From: a bacterium
Lineage (GTDB): Bacteria; RBG-13-61-14; DATKZS01
Direction: 5' to 3'
Assembly: GCA_963674965.2 (NCBI GenBank)
Contig: CAXXFL010000001.1
Span: 1,152,001 to 1,216,000 of the forward strand
Length of the DNA stretch: 64,000 bases
Of this stretch, positions 28,465-37,683 are shown in pieces (position 1 is the first letter of the stretch; each line of letters begins with the position of its first letter). The notes under the pieces were generated by a model. The model made no database searches, was not told where the DNA came from, and was given only the letters and a program-made list of their open reading frames with translations. A program made the position numbers and the translations under genes.

Positions 28465-29529
28465 TTATTGCGCCCGTTTTTGATTCATCTTGTCCGACCC
28501 GGCGGAGATATTGGAAAAGAAACTGTCTTTTATCCTTTGAGCCTTCATCAGGGAAAACATGGATTCATATACAACCGGCGCCAAGTAGGGAATGGAGGCC
28601 ATGCTCTTCATGGTCAGTCCCTGGACCTTTTTCGATCTGATAAGCTCGTTCAGGTGGGGAGTATCGTATTTCGGGTCGAGAATTTTTTTCGCGACCTCCC
28701 TGCCGCTCAGATACGCCGGAAAAATGCCGTAGCCGGACACGTCGTTTATCAGGCCGGCCGCGTCTCCCACCAGCCATTTGTCGCCGAAATGGTGCCCACA
28801 GTAATGGATGCAAAGAGGAAAACCCTCTTTTTTGTATTCGCCTTTATATCCTATTTCCCTGACCCATTCGTCAAGGGCTCTTTTCATGCCCGAGGCCGGG
28901 TACCGCTTTAAATCGCCGCCAAGACCGCAATAGACCAGGTCTCCACTGGGTATGGCGTAAGCCGGCCATATGCCTATTTTCTTGAAATCGAATTTAAGCA
29001 GTATATGATCCAGGTCCATTTTTAACGCGGTTTGTATGGCGACGCCTCGAAGGCCGAAAGGCAGACCAAGATGACGGCGAACAATGGATAAAGAACCGTC
29101 CGCGCCAATAAGGGTCTTGAAATATATTGGCTCGCCTTCCTCGGTGACGACCCTTTCATCCTCGATCTTCACCACTCTCGCGCCCATCCGAATACGGGCG
29201 CCGGCCTCGCAAGCTTGCGAGGCCATCCAGGACCCCAGTTCCTCCCTGGAAAAACTAACGCGAGGCTCATTGGCAAGCTCTAGCCTGTGGCTTTTCCTTT
29301 TCATGAATATAGTCACCGAGTCGATCTTGCTTCTAAAGAGATCCTCCGGAATTCCCATTATCCGGACTTCCTTGTTCAAGGGCATATACCCGGCGCATAC
29401 TTTGCGGCCAAGGACTTCGCCTTTTTCCAGGATCAGGACATCTCTGCCCGCCTGAGCCAGTTCCCTGGCAGCGCTCAGACCTCCCGGCCCGGCCCCTATA
29501 ATTAAGACGTCCACTGCTTGATCGTTCAT
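28465..29529 (-). CDS. Geranylgeranyl reductase-like FAD oxidoreductase
   Basis: IIGAGPGG, KVCAG, IGADG, LVGDAAG, GYGIFPAYLSG. Confidence 0.88.
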   Translation of the reverse strand: MNDQAVDVLIIGAGPGGLSAARELAQAGRDVLILEKGEVLGRKVCAGYMPLNKEVRIMGIPEDLFRSKIDSVTIFMKRKSHRLELANEPRVSFSREELGSWMASQACEAGARIRMGARVVKIEDERVVTEEGEPIYFKTLIGADGSLSIVRRHLGLPFGLRGVAIQTALKMDLDHILLKFDFKKIGIWPAYAIPSGDLVYCGLGGDLKRYPASGMKRALDEWVREIGYKGEYKKEGFPLCIHYCGHHFGDKWLVGDAAGLINDVSGYGIFPAYLSGREVAKKILDPKYDTPHLNELIRSKKVQGLTMKSMASIPYLAPVVYESMFSLMKAQRIKDSFFSNISAGSDKMNQKRAQ

Positions 29530-29610
29530 TTATTGCATCCCGGATTGGTTGAGTTCAGATATTTGCCTGGCACGGCGTCCATAAGATAATTGTACATAAA
29601 TTGTCCAATT

Positions 29611-29626
29611 TGCAATTATTGTGCCG
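29611..29626 (-). promoter_or_regulatory. Sigma54 (-24/-12) promoter candidate for the GGR-like gene
   Basis: CGGCAC-AATAA-TTGCA on the minus strand, ~80 nt upstream of the start codon. Confidence 0.7.
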
Positions 29627-29967
29627 TAAAATAAATAATCCGCGGCAAGGGCCCAAATATCTTGATTCCTGCTTCCAGGCCCTTTTTTTAGGCCCTATAA
29701 TGAGACGGATATTACTCCGGCAAAATATCGCTTTGATGATTTTGAAGAAATAGGCCAAAATGATTTAAATGGAACTGAGTAATTTCTACATGATTGGCAT
29801 AATTTACGTCATTAATATTTCTGACGCGACTTTCAGCCGGATAAAGCCGCAAACAATAGCCGGAGCTATGCCGGAAAGAGACGCCGACTCGTATCCACTG
29901 AAAAACAAGTGAGAGCATGAAAAATCAAAATATTTCAGCCCCGCTCCCGCCAGGTATCTTCTTTTTA

Positions 29968-29996
29968 TTGACCGCCCGATATCAATACCTTATAAT
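29968..29996 (+). promoter_or_regulatory. Sigma70 promoter for the lipoprotein-lpxB-M16 operon
   Basis: TTGACC-17 nt-TATAAT. Confidence 0.75.
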
Positions 29997-30066
29997 GGGC
30001 ATGATAATCGGTTAAAAGCGCTTTTCTCGAGCGGAACTTAACAACGCGAAAAAGAGGAGGAAGATT

Positions 30067-30480
30067 ATGGCGCGAAAATATTTCTTAACGGCGATAGTTC
30101 TGGCCGCCCTGGCCCTTACGGTCGGCTGCCCCAAGAAGAAACCCAAAAACGGCTCCGAGGACAATAAGCTCGACCTCGAGTCCAAGGTGAAGATATACAA
30201 CGAGGGCTTTTTCTGGCGGGATTATGAGACTATCTCCCTTATGGTGTTGCCCTCGCGCAGGCGCGATTTCCTGAACTATTGCGAGGAACTCGGCCGGGGC
30301 TATACGCAGGATGAATTCAAGATAATGGAAATACAGATGAATCCGACCAAGGACAAGGCCGTGGTGGTGGTCAAGAGAAAATTCATCATGCCCCCCTCCG
30401 TCATATTGCAGACCAAGGAAATCACTCAGGAATGGGTCCTCTACGAGGGCGAATGGTACCTGAGCGGGCCGCCATATTGA
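30067..30480 (+). CDS. Hypothetical lipoprotein
   Basis: Signal peptide with lipobox LTVGC; GAGGAGG RBS. Confidence 0.75.
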   Translation: MARKYFLTAIVLAALALTVGCPKKKPKNGSEDNKLDLESKVKIYNEGFFWRDYETISLMVLPSRRRDFLNYCEELGRGYTQDEFKIMEIQMNPTKDKAVVVVKRKFIMPPSVILQTKEITQEWVLYEGEWYLSGPPY

Positions 30481-30493
30481 CGCGGGTCCACCC

Positions 30494-31678
30494 ATGAGCG
30501 ACGCCGGCCGCGTCATGGTGGTTGCCGGCGAGGCCTCAGCCGACGCGCACGCCGCCAACCTTATCAGGGAATTGCGCGAACTCAAGCCGGGCCTCGAGGT
30601 CTTTGGCGTTGGTGGCGAGAAGCTGGCGGAGGCCGGGGCCGATCTGCTGCTCGATTTCAGCAAGGTCGGCGTGGTGGGCATAACGGAGATTATTCCCGAG
30701 ATACCGAAATTCTATCGCGCCTACAAGGAACTTATCCGGGGCTTTAAGCGCCTTTCCCCCGATGGCGTTATCCTGGTGGACCTTCCCGATTTCAACCTCT
30801 TTTTGGCGGGCAGGATTAAAAAAATAAATCCCGACGCCAAAATAATCTATTACATAAGCCCCCAGGCCTGGGGATGGAGGCCGGGCAGGACGAGAAAAAT
30901 CGCAAAGCGCGCCGACGCCATGCTCACCCTTTTCCCCTTCGAGGTCGATTTCTACAACGAACGCGAGCCGGGTTTCGACGTCGAGTTCGTGGGCCATCCC
31001 CTCGCGGAAAAGGTCAAGCCGTCAAGTCCTATACCGACCCTTCGACAAGAGTTCGGTATCGCCGAAAGGGGCCGGGTTCTTTCCCTCTTGCCCGGGAGCA
31101 GGCGGTCCGAAGTAGGTCGATATCTGCCAACTTTCGCGCGAGCGGCCGTCGAGCTAAGGTCCATTTATAAGGATCCGGTTTTTCTCCTGGCCCTGGCCGC
31201 CACGGTGGACGGGGAACAAGTATCTGAAATACTGGAGGATTGTGGGGTCGCTGAAATCGTAAAAGTAATTTCAGGACGAACTTACGACGTGCTGGCGGTG
31301 TCTGATATGGCCATGGTGGCGAGCGGCACGGCCACGCTCGAGACGGCCCTTCTAGGAGTACCCATGGTAATAGTGGGCGCGGTCTCGAATTTCAGTTACT
31401 ATTTGACGGCCCTTATCGTGGATACCTGGACTATAGGACTTCCGAACGTGGTGGCGGGAAAAAAAATAGTGCCCGAGCTTCTTCAGTTCGACTTTACGGC
31501 GGATCACTTGGTCCGCGAAATCACCCGGGTCCTGGATCATCCCGAAAAAACGGCTAAAATAAAGGAAGACCTCGAGCGGGTAAAAAAAGCCCTCGGCTCG
31601 GGAGGGGCGTCGAAAAAAGCCGCCGAGGCCGTTTTTAAAAGGATTTACGGCCCAGCGGCCAAGGGGCGGGACGTTTAG
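30494..31678 (+). CDS. lpxB: Lipid-A-disaccharide synthase
   Basis: VAGEASAD, VDLPDFN, YYISPQAWGWR, FVGHPL, LLPGSRRSE, SGTATLE, GLPN, VPELLQ. Confidence 0.96.
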   Translation: MSDAGRVMVVAGEASADAHAANLIRELRELKPGLEVFGVGGEKLAEAGADLLLDFSKVGVVGITEIIPEIPKFYRAYKELIRGFKRLSPDGVILVDLPDFNLFLAGRIKKINPDAKIIYYISPQAWGWRPGRTRKIAKRADAMLTLFPFEVDFYNEREPGFDVEFVGHPLAEKVKPSSPIPTLRQEFGIAERGRVLSLLPGSRRSEVGRYLPTFARAAVELRSIYKDPVFLLALAATVDGEQVSEILEDCGVAEIVKVISGRTYDVLAVSDMAMVASGTATLETALLGVPMVIVGAVSNFSYYLTALIVDTWTIGLPNVVAGKKIVPELLQFDFTADHLVREITRVLDHPEKTAKIKEDLERVKKALGSGGASKKAAEAVFKRIYGPAAKGRDV

Positions 31679-31722
31679 CCTTAAGAAGCGGCTTTTTCCG
31701 GCCCCAGGTCAAGGAGCACTCG

Positions 31723-34488
31723 ATGAAACGTTTTAAGGTTGTATTTCTCATTATCGCCATAAGCACGATCATGGCGGGCTGTCCGCTTCTGGAAAACAGG
31801 AAGATCAGGCTCGACACAAGGAGACCGGAAACAGTGACAAAAACTTTAAAGAACGGCCTGACGGTGGTGGTGGAGGAAAACTTCGGCGCTCCCGTCGCGG
31901 CCGTGCAGGTGTGGGTCAACGCCGGAAGCGCCGACGAGACGGACGGCGAGGCGGGGCTGGCCCATTTTCTCGAGCACATGGTCTTCAAGGGAACGGCCAA
32001 GCGGGGCGTGGGCGAGGTGGCCATGGAGGTCGAGTCGCTCGGCGGCGACCTCAACGCCTTTACCAGCTACGACCGCACGGTTTTCCATATAACTCTGGCC
32101 AGCCGCTATTACGACCGGGCCCTGGATATTCTTTCGGACCTGACCCATAACGCGACGTTCGATCCCGTCGAGGTCGACCGTGAGCGGGAGGTGGTAAGAG
32201 AGGAAATCCGCAGGGGCAAGGACAACCCCTCTTCCCGCGTTTACAAGTACCTGTTCGAGAAAGCCTACAGGGAGCACACATACCGGCGTCCCGTCATCGG
32301 CTACGACGATAACGTGAAGTCCTTTACCAGCGCCGACCTGAAAAATTTTTACGAGAAATGGTACGTGCCCGAGAACATGACCGTGGTCGTCACCGGCGAC
32401 GTGGACTCGGGACGCGTTATAAGGGACGTGGAAAAATGGTTCGGCGACTTCTCCGGTCCCGCTCCTTCCTCGAGCCCAAGGGACGCGGTCGAGACGGTGC
32501 AGATTTCGCCGCGGGAAAAGGTCTACCGGGAGGACGTAAGCGAGGGCTGGATGTACCTGGGCTTTCATATCCCCGCCTTCGCCCATGAGGACATGGCCGC
32601 GCTGGACGTGATGTCGGTTATTATCGGCGGCGGCGAGACCTCGCGGCTGGTCTACAGGGTGAGAACGCAAAAGCGGCTGGTGAGCAGGATATGGGCCTAC
32701 GCCTATACGCCCCGCGACCCCGGCCTTTTCCTTGTAGGCTGCAACGTCAAGGAGGACAAGTCACGCGAGGCCCTCGAGCAGATTCTCAAGCAGATGTACG
32801 TCCTCAAACACGAGACGGTGGATGACTGGGAGCTGCAAAAGGCCAAGATCACCCTCGAGACCGACTCCATATACTCGAGGGAGACCGTGGACGGCCAGGC
32901 GAGAAGGCTGGGCTATTACATGACCCTCACGGGCGATCCCTACTTCGAGGACAAGTACCTCGAGAAAATAAAGAACGTCACCGCCGAGGATATTAAGAAA
33001 GCGGCGAAAAAATACTTCTCCGGCCAGAACTTGACGGCCGTGGCCATAATGCCGGACAAGAATTCCAATTCCCACTCCATCGACGAGCAAAAGGTCAATT
33101 CCATAATAAGGGACGTGGACAAATGGGACTCCGGCTACTCGATCGGGAGCCTCAACCTTTCCCGGCCTGACCCTCCCGAGATACCCGAGGCCGAGGTCGC
33201 GCCCTCTGAAAAGGGCGGGATACCTCTTTACTCGCCGCCCGAGAAGTTCGTCCTATCCAACGGCGTGAAGCTGATCGTGAGGGAGAACCACTCCGTGCCG
33301 CTGGTCTCGGTCCGGGCCGCCTTCAAGGGGGGCCTACGCCTCGAGAACCGCGAGAACAACGGGATAAACAATTTCATCGCCGACGCCATCACCAAGGGAA
33401 CGGTGAATTATACCTCCCACGAGATCGACTCCTTTATCGAGGCCCGGGCCGGTTCCATCTCCGGCTTTTCCGGGCTGAGCTCGCTGGGCGTAACCATGGA
33501 GCTGCCCAGCCAGTACTTCCACGGCGCCCTTCCCGTGTTCGCCGACGTCATCCGGTTCCCCACCTTCCCCTCCAAGGAGGTAGAGGCCGAGCGGGAGATA
33601 ATCATCTCGAGCATCAAGAACAACCTTGACCAGCCCGGCAAGCTGGCCCGGCGGCTTTTCGAGTCCACCCTCTACGAGGAACACCCCCTGGGCATGGACA
33701 CCATGGGCACGGAGACCAGCGTGAGGGGGCTGACCTGCTCGGACCTGCGCGACTACTACGAAGCCCTTTCCGTTCCCGGTAACCTGGTCATAGCCGTGGT
33801 GGGAGACGTCGAGGCGGCCAAGGTTAAAAACGACTTCGAGAAGCTCTTCAAGGACTGGGCCGCCGAGCCCTTCCAACCGGCCGCGGCTCCTCCCGAGCCG
33901 CCCCCAGCCCGGGTCAGGGAGGTCAGCGAGTGCCGCGACGTGGAGCAGACGAACATCATCATCGGCTTCCAGGGCCTCAGGGTGACCAGTGAGGACCGCT
34001 ATCCCATGGCGGTCCTGGGCTCGGTCCTTTCCGGCATGTCGGGAAGACTCTTCTCCACCCTCCGCGAAAAACAAAGCCTGGCCTACGGCGTGGCGGCCTT
34101 CAGCACCGAGGCCCTCGATCCCGGCTTCCTGGGCGTGTCCATCGGCACCTCCCCGGAAAAGGAGGCCCAGGCCACGGAGGGATTGTTAAAGGAACTCGAG
34201 AAGGCCAGAAACGAGCGCGTGACCGACGAGGAACTGACCCGGGCCAAGGAGGTCCTCATCGGGGAGTACGAGATCGGACAGCAAAAACTCTCGACCCAGG
34301 CCGCCAACTACGCCCTCGACGAGCTCTACGGCATGGGCTACGAGGAGGCCGACAATTACGCGAGAAGGATCGAGAGCGTCACCGCCGCGGACGTTCAGAG
34401 GGCGGCCGAGAAGTATTTAAAGGAGAACGCTCACGTCATCGCCGTGGTCAGGCCCTGCGGGTTCCAGGCCAAGGCCGAAGTCGAGTAG
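31723..34488 (+). CDS. M16 (pitrilysin-family) zinc peptidase, probable lipoprotein
   Basis: GLAHFLEHMVFKGT (HxxEH), NAFTSYDRT, duplicated architecture, lipobox MAGC. Confidence 0.94.
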   Translation: MKRFKVVFLIIAISTIMAGCPLLENRKIRLDTRRPETVTKTLKNGLTVVVEENFGAPVAAVQVWVNAGSADETDGEAGLAHFLEHMVFKGTAKRGVGEVAMEVESLGGDLNAFTSYDRTVFHITLASRYYDRALDILSDLTHNATFDPVEVDREREVVREEIRRGKDNPSSRVYKYLFEKAYREHTYRRPVIGYDDNVKSFTSADLKNFYEKWYVPENMTVVVTGDVDSGRVIRDVEKWFGDFSGPAPSSSPRDAVETVQISPREKVYREDVSEGWMYLGFHIPAFAHEDMAALDVMSVIIGGGETSRLVYRVRTQKRLVSRIWAYAYTPRDPGLFLVGCNVKEDKSREALEQILKQMYVLKHETVDDWELQKAKITLETDSIYSRETVDGQARRLGYYMTLTGDPYFEDKYLEKIKNVTAEDIKKAAKKYFSGQNLTAVAIMPDKNSNSHSIDEQKVNSIIRDVDKWDSGYSIGSLNLSRPDPPEIPEAEVAPSEKGGIPLYSPPEKFVLSNGVKLIVRENHSVPLVSVRAAFKGGLRLENRENNGINNFIADAITKGTVNYTSHEIDSFIEARAGSISGFSGLSSLGVTMELPSQYFHGALPVFADVIRFPTFPSKEVEAEREIIISSIKNNLDQPGKLARRLFESTLYEEHPLGMDTMGTETSVRGLTCSDLRDYYEALSVPGNLVIAVVGDVEAAKVKNDFEKLFKDWAAEPFQPAAAPPEPPPARVREVSECRDVEQTNIIIGFQGLRVTSEDRYPMAVLGSVLSGMSGRLFSTLREKQSLAYGVAAFSTEALDPGFLGVSIGTSPEKEAQATEGLLKELEKARNERVTDEELTRAKEVLIGEYEIGQQKLSTQAANYALDELYGMGYEEADNYARRIESVTAADVQRAAEKYLKENAHVIAVVRPCGFQAKAEVE

Positions 34489-34539
34489 AACGTATCGATT
34501 GTGGCGAGGGGACTCGGGCGTCCGGTTGCGCTCGAGTCC

Positions 34540-34569
34540 TTGACATTTGCTTTCCGCTTTCAATATGAT
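34540..34569 (+). promoter_or_regulatory. Sigma70 promoter candidate
   Basis: TTGACA-18 nt-TATGAT upstream of 34629. Confidence 0.65.
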
Positions 34570-34628
34570 GTTCCCGTGGTCCGGCCTTTTTCCGGGTTGG
34601 CCGCGCATTTTCAAACCAGGAGGCAACC

Positions 34629-35600
34629 ATGTTTCAGACCGAAATGACCCGAATGCTTGGCATCGAGTACCCCATCGTGGGCGGCGCCATGATGCATCTT
34701 TCCACCCCCGAGTACGTTGCGGCCATCTCCGAGGCCGGCTGTCTCGGTCTCCTGGCCTCCGCCATGTGGAAGACCAAGGAGGAGTTCCGGGACGCCGTGC
34801 AAAAGACAAAGGGCCTTACCAAAAAGCCCTTTGGCGTCAACCTGAACCTTTTCCCCGCCATGCGGCCCATCGACAACAAGGAGTACATGGGGGTCATGAT
34901 CGACGAGGGCGTCAAGATCGTCGAGACCTCGGGCCACAAGGCCCCCGAGGACCTGGCCAGGGAATTCAAGGCCAACGGCATGACCTGGATGCACAAGTGC
35001 GTGGGGGTTCGCTACGCTAAAAAAGGCGAGTCCCTCGGCGCGGACATGATCACCGTGGTGGGATACGAGAACGGCGGGGCCACCGGCGTGCTTGACATAG
35101 GCACTTTCGTGCTCGTGCCCTCCGTGGTCGAGGCCCTGAAAGTTCCCGTCATCGGGGGAGGAGGAGTAAGCAACGGGGCCGGCCTGGTGGCCATCATGGC
35201 CCTCGGCGCCAAGGGCGTCATCATGGGCACGCGCTTCCTCCTGGCCGACGAGTGCCCCATCCATCTCAACCTGAAAAAGGCACTGGCCGAGGCGGCGGAA
35301 ACCGACACCGTGCTGGTGATGCGGTCCATCGGCAACACCCACCGGCTCTGGAGAAACGAGGTGGCCGACAAAATAGTCGAGATCGAGTCCCGAGGCGGGA
35401 CCCTCCAGGAGATAATCAAGGCCGCGGCGGGGGAGCACGACCGGGCCATGTTCGAGTCGGGCGACGTGAGCAAGGGTACCGTATCCTGCGGACAGGGCGT
35501 GGGCCTGTGCCGTGAGGTAAAGCCGATGAAGGAGATCGTTCAGGATATCATGAAGGAAGCCCGGGAGGTCGCCAAGAGAATCGGAACCATGGCCGGTTGA
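34629..35600 (+). CDS. Nitronate monooxygenase family protein (second paralogue)
   Basis: GIEYPIVGGAM, PFGVNL, VETSG, HKC, GYENGGATG, PVIGGGG, MGTRF. Confidence 0.92.
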   Translation: MFQTEMTRMLGIEYPIVGGAMMHLSTPEYVAAISEAGCLGLLASAMWKTKEEFRDAVQKTKGLTKKPFGVNLNLFPAMRPIDNKEYMGVMIDEGVKIVETSGHKAPEDLAREFKANGMTWMHKCVGVRYAKKGESLGADMITVVGYENGGATGVLDIGTFVLVPSVVEALKVPVIGGGGVSNGAGLVAIMALGAKGVIMGTRFLLADECPIHLNLKKALAEAAETDTVLVMRSIGNTHRLWRNEVADKIVEIESRGGTLQEIIKAAAGEHDRAMFESGDVSKGTVSCGQGVGLCREVKPMKEIVQDIMKEAREVAKRIGTMAG

Positions 35601-35628
35601 AAAAAACCGGCGCCGCGAGGAGTAAAAA

Positions 35629-36255
35629 ATGGCTGACGAAAGAAAAGAAGTAATTTTCAGGCCGATCGGGTTCGTAAGGTCCCCCTATAAAAAGGGAGGC
35701 TTCACCCCCTTCCAGCCCCTCGAGCGGGAGGAGGGAAAATCGCAAATCGAGCTTTTTCCCGAGTACGCGCCTTGCCTTGACCGGCTGGCGGACTTCAACT
35801 ACGTGATCGTGCTCTTTTACGCCCATGAAACGGACGGCGAGTGGACGCCGAAAGTGAAGCCGCCCTGGGCCAAGGGGGCCGAGGTCGGGCTCTTCGCCTC
35901 GCGCTCTCCCAGGCGTCCCAATTGCATAGGCCATTCCATCGCCCGGCTCCGGGGCATCGAGGGAAACGTTCTTCACCTGTCGGCGCTTGACGCCTTCGAC
36001 GGGACGCCGGTCCTGGATATCAAGCCCTATATAAAGGGACTGGACGACCGGGCCGACGCCAACGCCGGCTGGATCGAGGAAATGGACGGGCACGATCACC
36101 TGCTCCAGCATATAAGAGGCGTTCCTCACGACCATGGCCACGATCACGACCACGACCATTCCCATGGTCACGATCATCATCACGACCATGACGGCGGGCG
36201 CGACCGCGGCCACAAGCACGACCATCACCACGGTCACGAGCACGACGACGAGTGA
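35629..36255 (+). CDS. trmO: TrmO/TsaA-type tRNA methyltransferase domain with His/Asp-rich tail
   Basis: PIGFVRSPY, GLFASRSPRRPNCIG, LDAFDGTPVLDIKPY. Confidence 0.85.
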   Translation: MADERKEVIFRPIGFVRSPYKKGGFTPFQPLEREEGKSQIELFPEYAPCLDRLADFNYVIVLFYAHETDGEWTPKVKPPWAKGAEVGLFASRSPRRPNCIGHSIARLRGIEGNVLHLSALDAFDGTPVLDIKPYIKGLDDRADANAGWIEEMDGHDHLLQHIRGVPHDHGHDHDHDHSHGHDHHHDHDGGRDRGHKHDHHHGHEHDDE

Positions 36256-36309
36256 AAAGCGAAGAAGGCGCCGGTTATGGGCGCCTTCCTTACTTTGGCG
36301 GGCATTCGC

Positions 36310-37560
36310 TCAGCGGGACCGCCACACGCTCCAGGCGTTGCGGGCGAAGGAGGGCAGCATTTTCGCCACCAGCGTCGGCCACCCGCTTTCAGGCCCCTTG
36401 TAATTCGGGGTGGGGCTCATCTCGATGGCCTTGTGCTCGTCGCAGGCCACCTGACAAAGGCCGCAGCCCACGCAGCGCTCGGCGGCGTGGACCCTGGTCT
36501 TGCCCTTGGTGTCCACCGTGATGGCGCCCATGGGACAGGCCCGGGCGCATTTGCCGCAGTGGTTGCACTTGGCGGTCAGGAACCGGGGCATGAAGTGGGG
36601 CGGGGCTATGAGGCCCGGCACGTTGAACTCGGTAATGGACCGGAGGTTGTGACAGCAGCAGCCGCAGCACGAGCATGAGCCCGAGGAACGCAGCCCGGAG
36701 GACTCGTTGAACATCCAGCTTACCATGCCGTCCTTTTCCGCCGCCGCCTTGATCTCGAGCACGTCCTTTTTGCCGATCTCGCGCATCATGTCCTGGCGGA
36801 CCAGGTAGTCAACGATATCGCCGAAGGCCACGCAGTTCTCGGTCTCCTTGCCGCAGCCCTGGCCCGTCAGTTCCATGGTCATGCGGCACTGGCAGTGGCC
36901 CACGGCGAACTTGTCGTACATGTCGAGGATTTCCTCCATCTTGTCCGAGGGCCAGGCCATGGGGATGGCCGTCACCGCTTGTTGCGCGGGAATGTACCTC
37001 GTAAGGGGGGCCGCCGCCGGGTACTTGGCGTAGTCCATAAGATAGCCCGTCTCCCAGATGGTCTCGAAAAGCTCGGCGAACTTCTGGTGCCATTCGGAAA
37101 TGGTGCTCTTGTCGGTCCGCATGAGGACGGACTCGAACACGCCCGGCACCAGGGGCATGATGAAATACCTTTTCTTGCCCTCCGGACCGGACTCGATTAT
37201 GATCCGCTTCTCGTGGGCCAGCCGATGAAGGACTTGCTTGACCTCGCTCTCGGGACGGTTCGAGGCGCGGACCAGGTCGTCCACCGTCTGCCCGCGAGTC
37301 AAAGGCTTCAAATGGCTGAAAAGGTCGGCCTCCTCCTCGGTGAATATGTGCTCGACGATGGCGATAAGCTCGTCGCAGATGGGAGGACCCATTAATAAGG
37401 GGCTGGAAAACTTTTTGGCCGCCTCGAGATAGTATTTCGAGAGCGACGGGTAATCGCCCGGCTTCTTCGGCTTCACGTTCCTCACCCGCGGCTCGCTCGG
37501 GCCGATCACGCCCGACTCGATCCTGATAATGCGCTTCCTTGCCTCCTTGCCCTTGTCCAT
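36310..37560 (-). CDS. Multi-cysteine 4Fe-4S binding protein
   Basis: CQCR, CSCCGCCC, CNHCGKCARACP, CVGCGLCQVAC. Confidence 0.88.
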   Translation of the reverse strand: MDKGKEARKRIIRIESGVIGPSEPRVRNVKPKKPGDYPSLSKYYLEAAKKFSSPLLMGPPICDELIAIVEHIFTEEEADLFSHLKPLTRGQTVDDLVRASNRPESEVKQVLHRLAHEKRIIIESGPEGKKRYFIMPLVPGVFESVLMRTDKSTISEWHQKFAELFETIWETGYLMDYAKYPAAAPLTRYIPAQQAVTAIPMAWPSDKMEEILDMYDKFAVGHCQCRMTMELTGQGCGKETENCVAFGDIVDYLVRQDMMREIGKKDVLEIKAAAEKDGMVSWMFNESSGLRSSGSCSCCGCCCHNLRSITEFNVPGLIAPPHFMPRFLTAKCNHCGKCARACPMGAITVDTKGKTRVHAAERCVGCGLCQVACDEHKAIEMSPTPNYKGPESGWPTLVAKMLPSFARNAWSVWRSR

Positions 37561-37683
37561 GCGTTCCTCCTTGCGATTTGGTATTGGAATAAGCTTATTA
37601 TAGACGCTAAAGCGAGGGCAAGACCCAAAAAGTTACCGGCCCGGGATGGCGCCCCGAGCCGGTAAGGTTGAGAGCCCTTATGG

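Noticed and set aside
29830-29905. c-di-GMP-I riboswitch (GCAAAC...GAAA-like words)
   Set aside because: Could not build the P1/P2 tetraloop-receptor architecture; kept only as a weak structured-element note.
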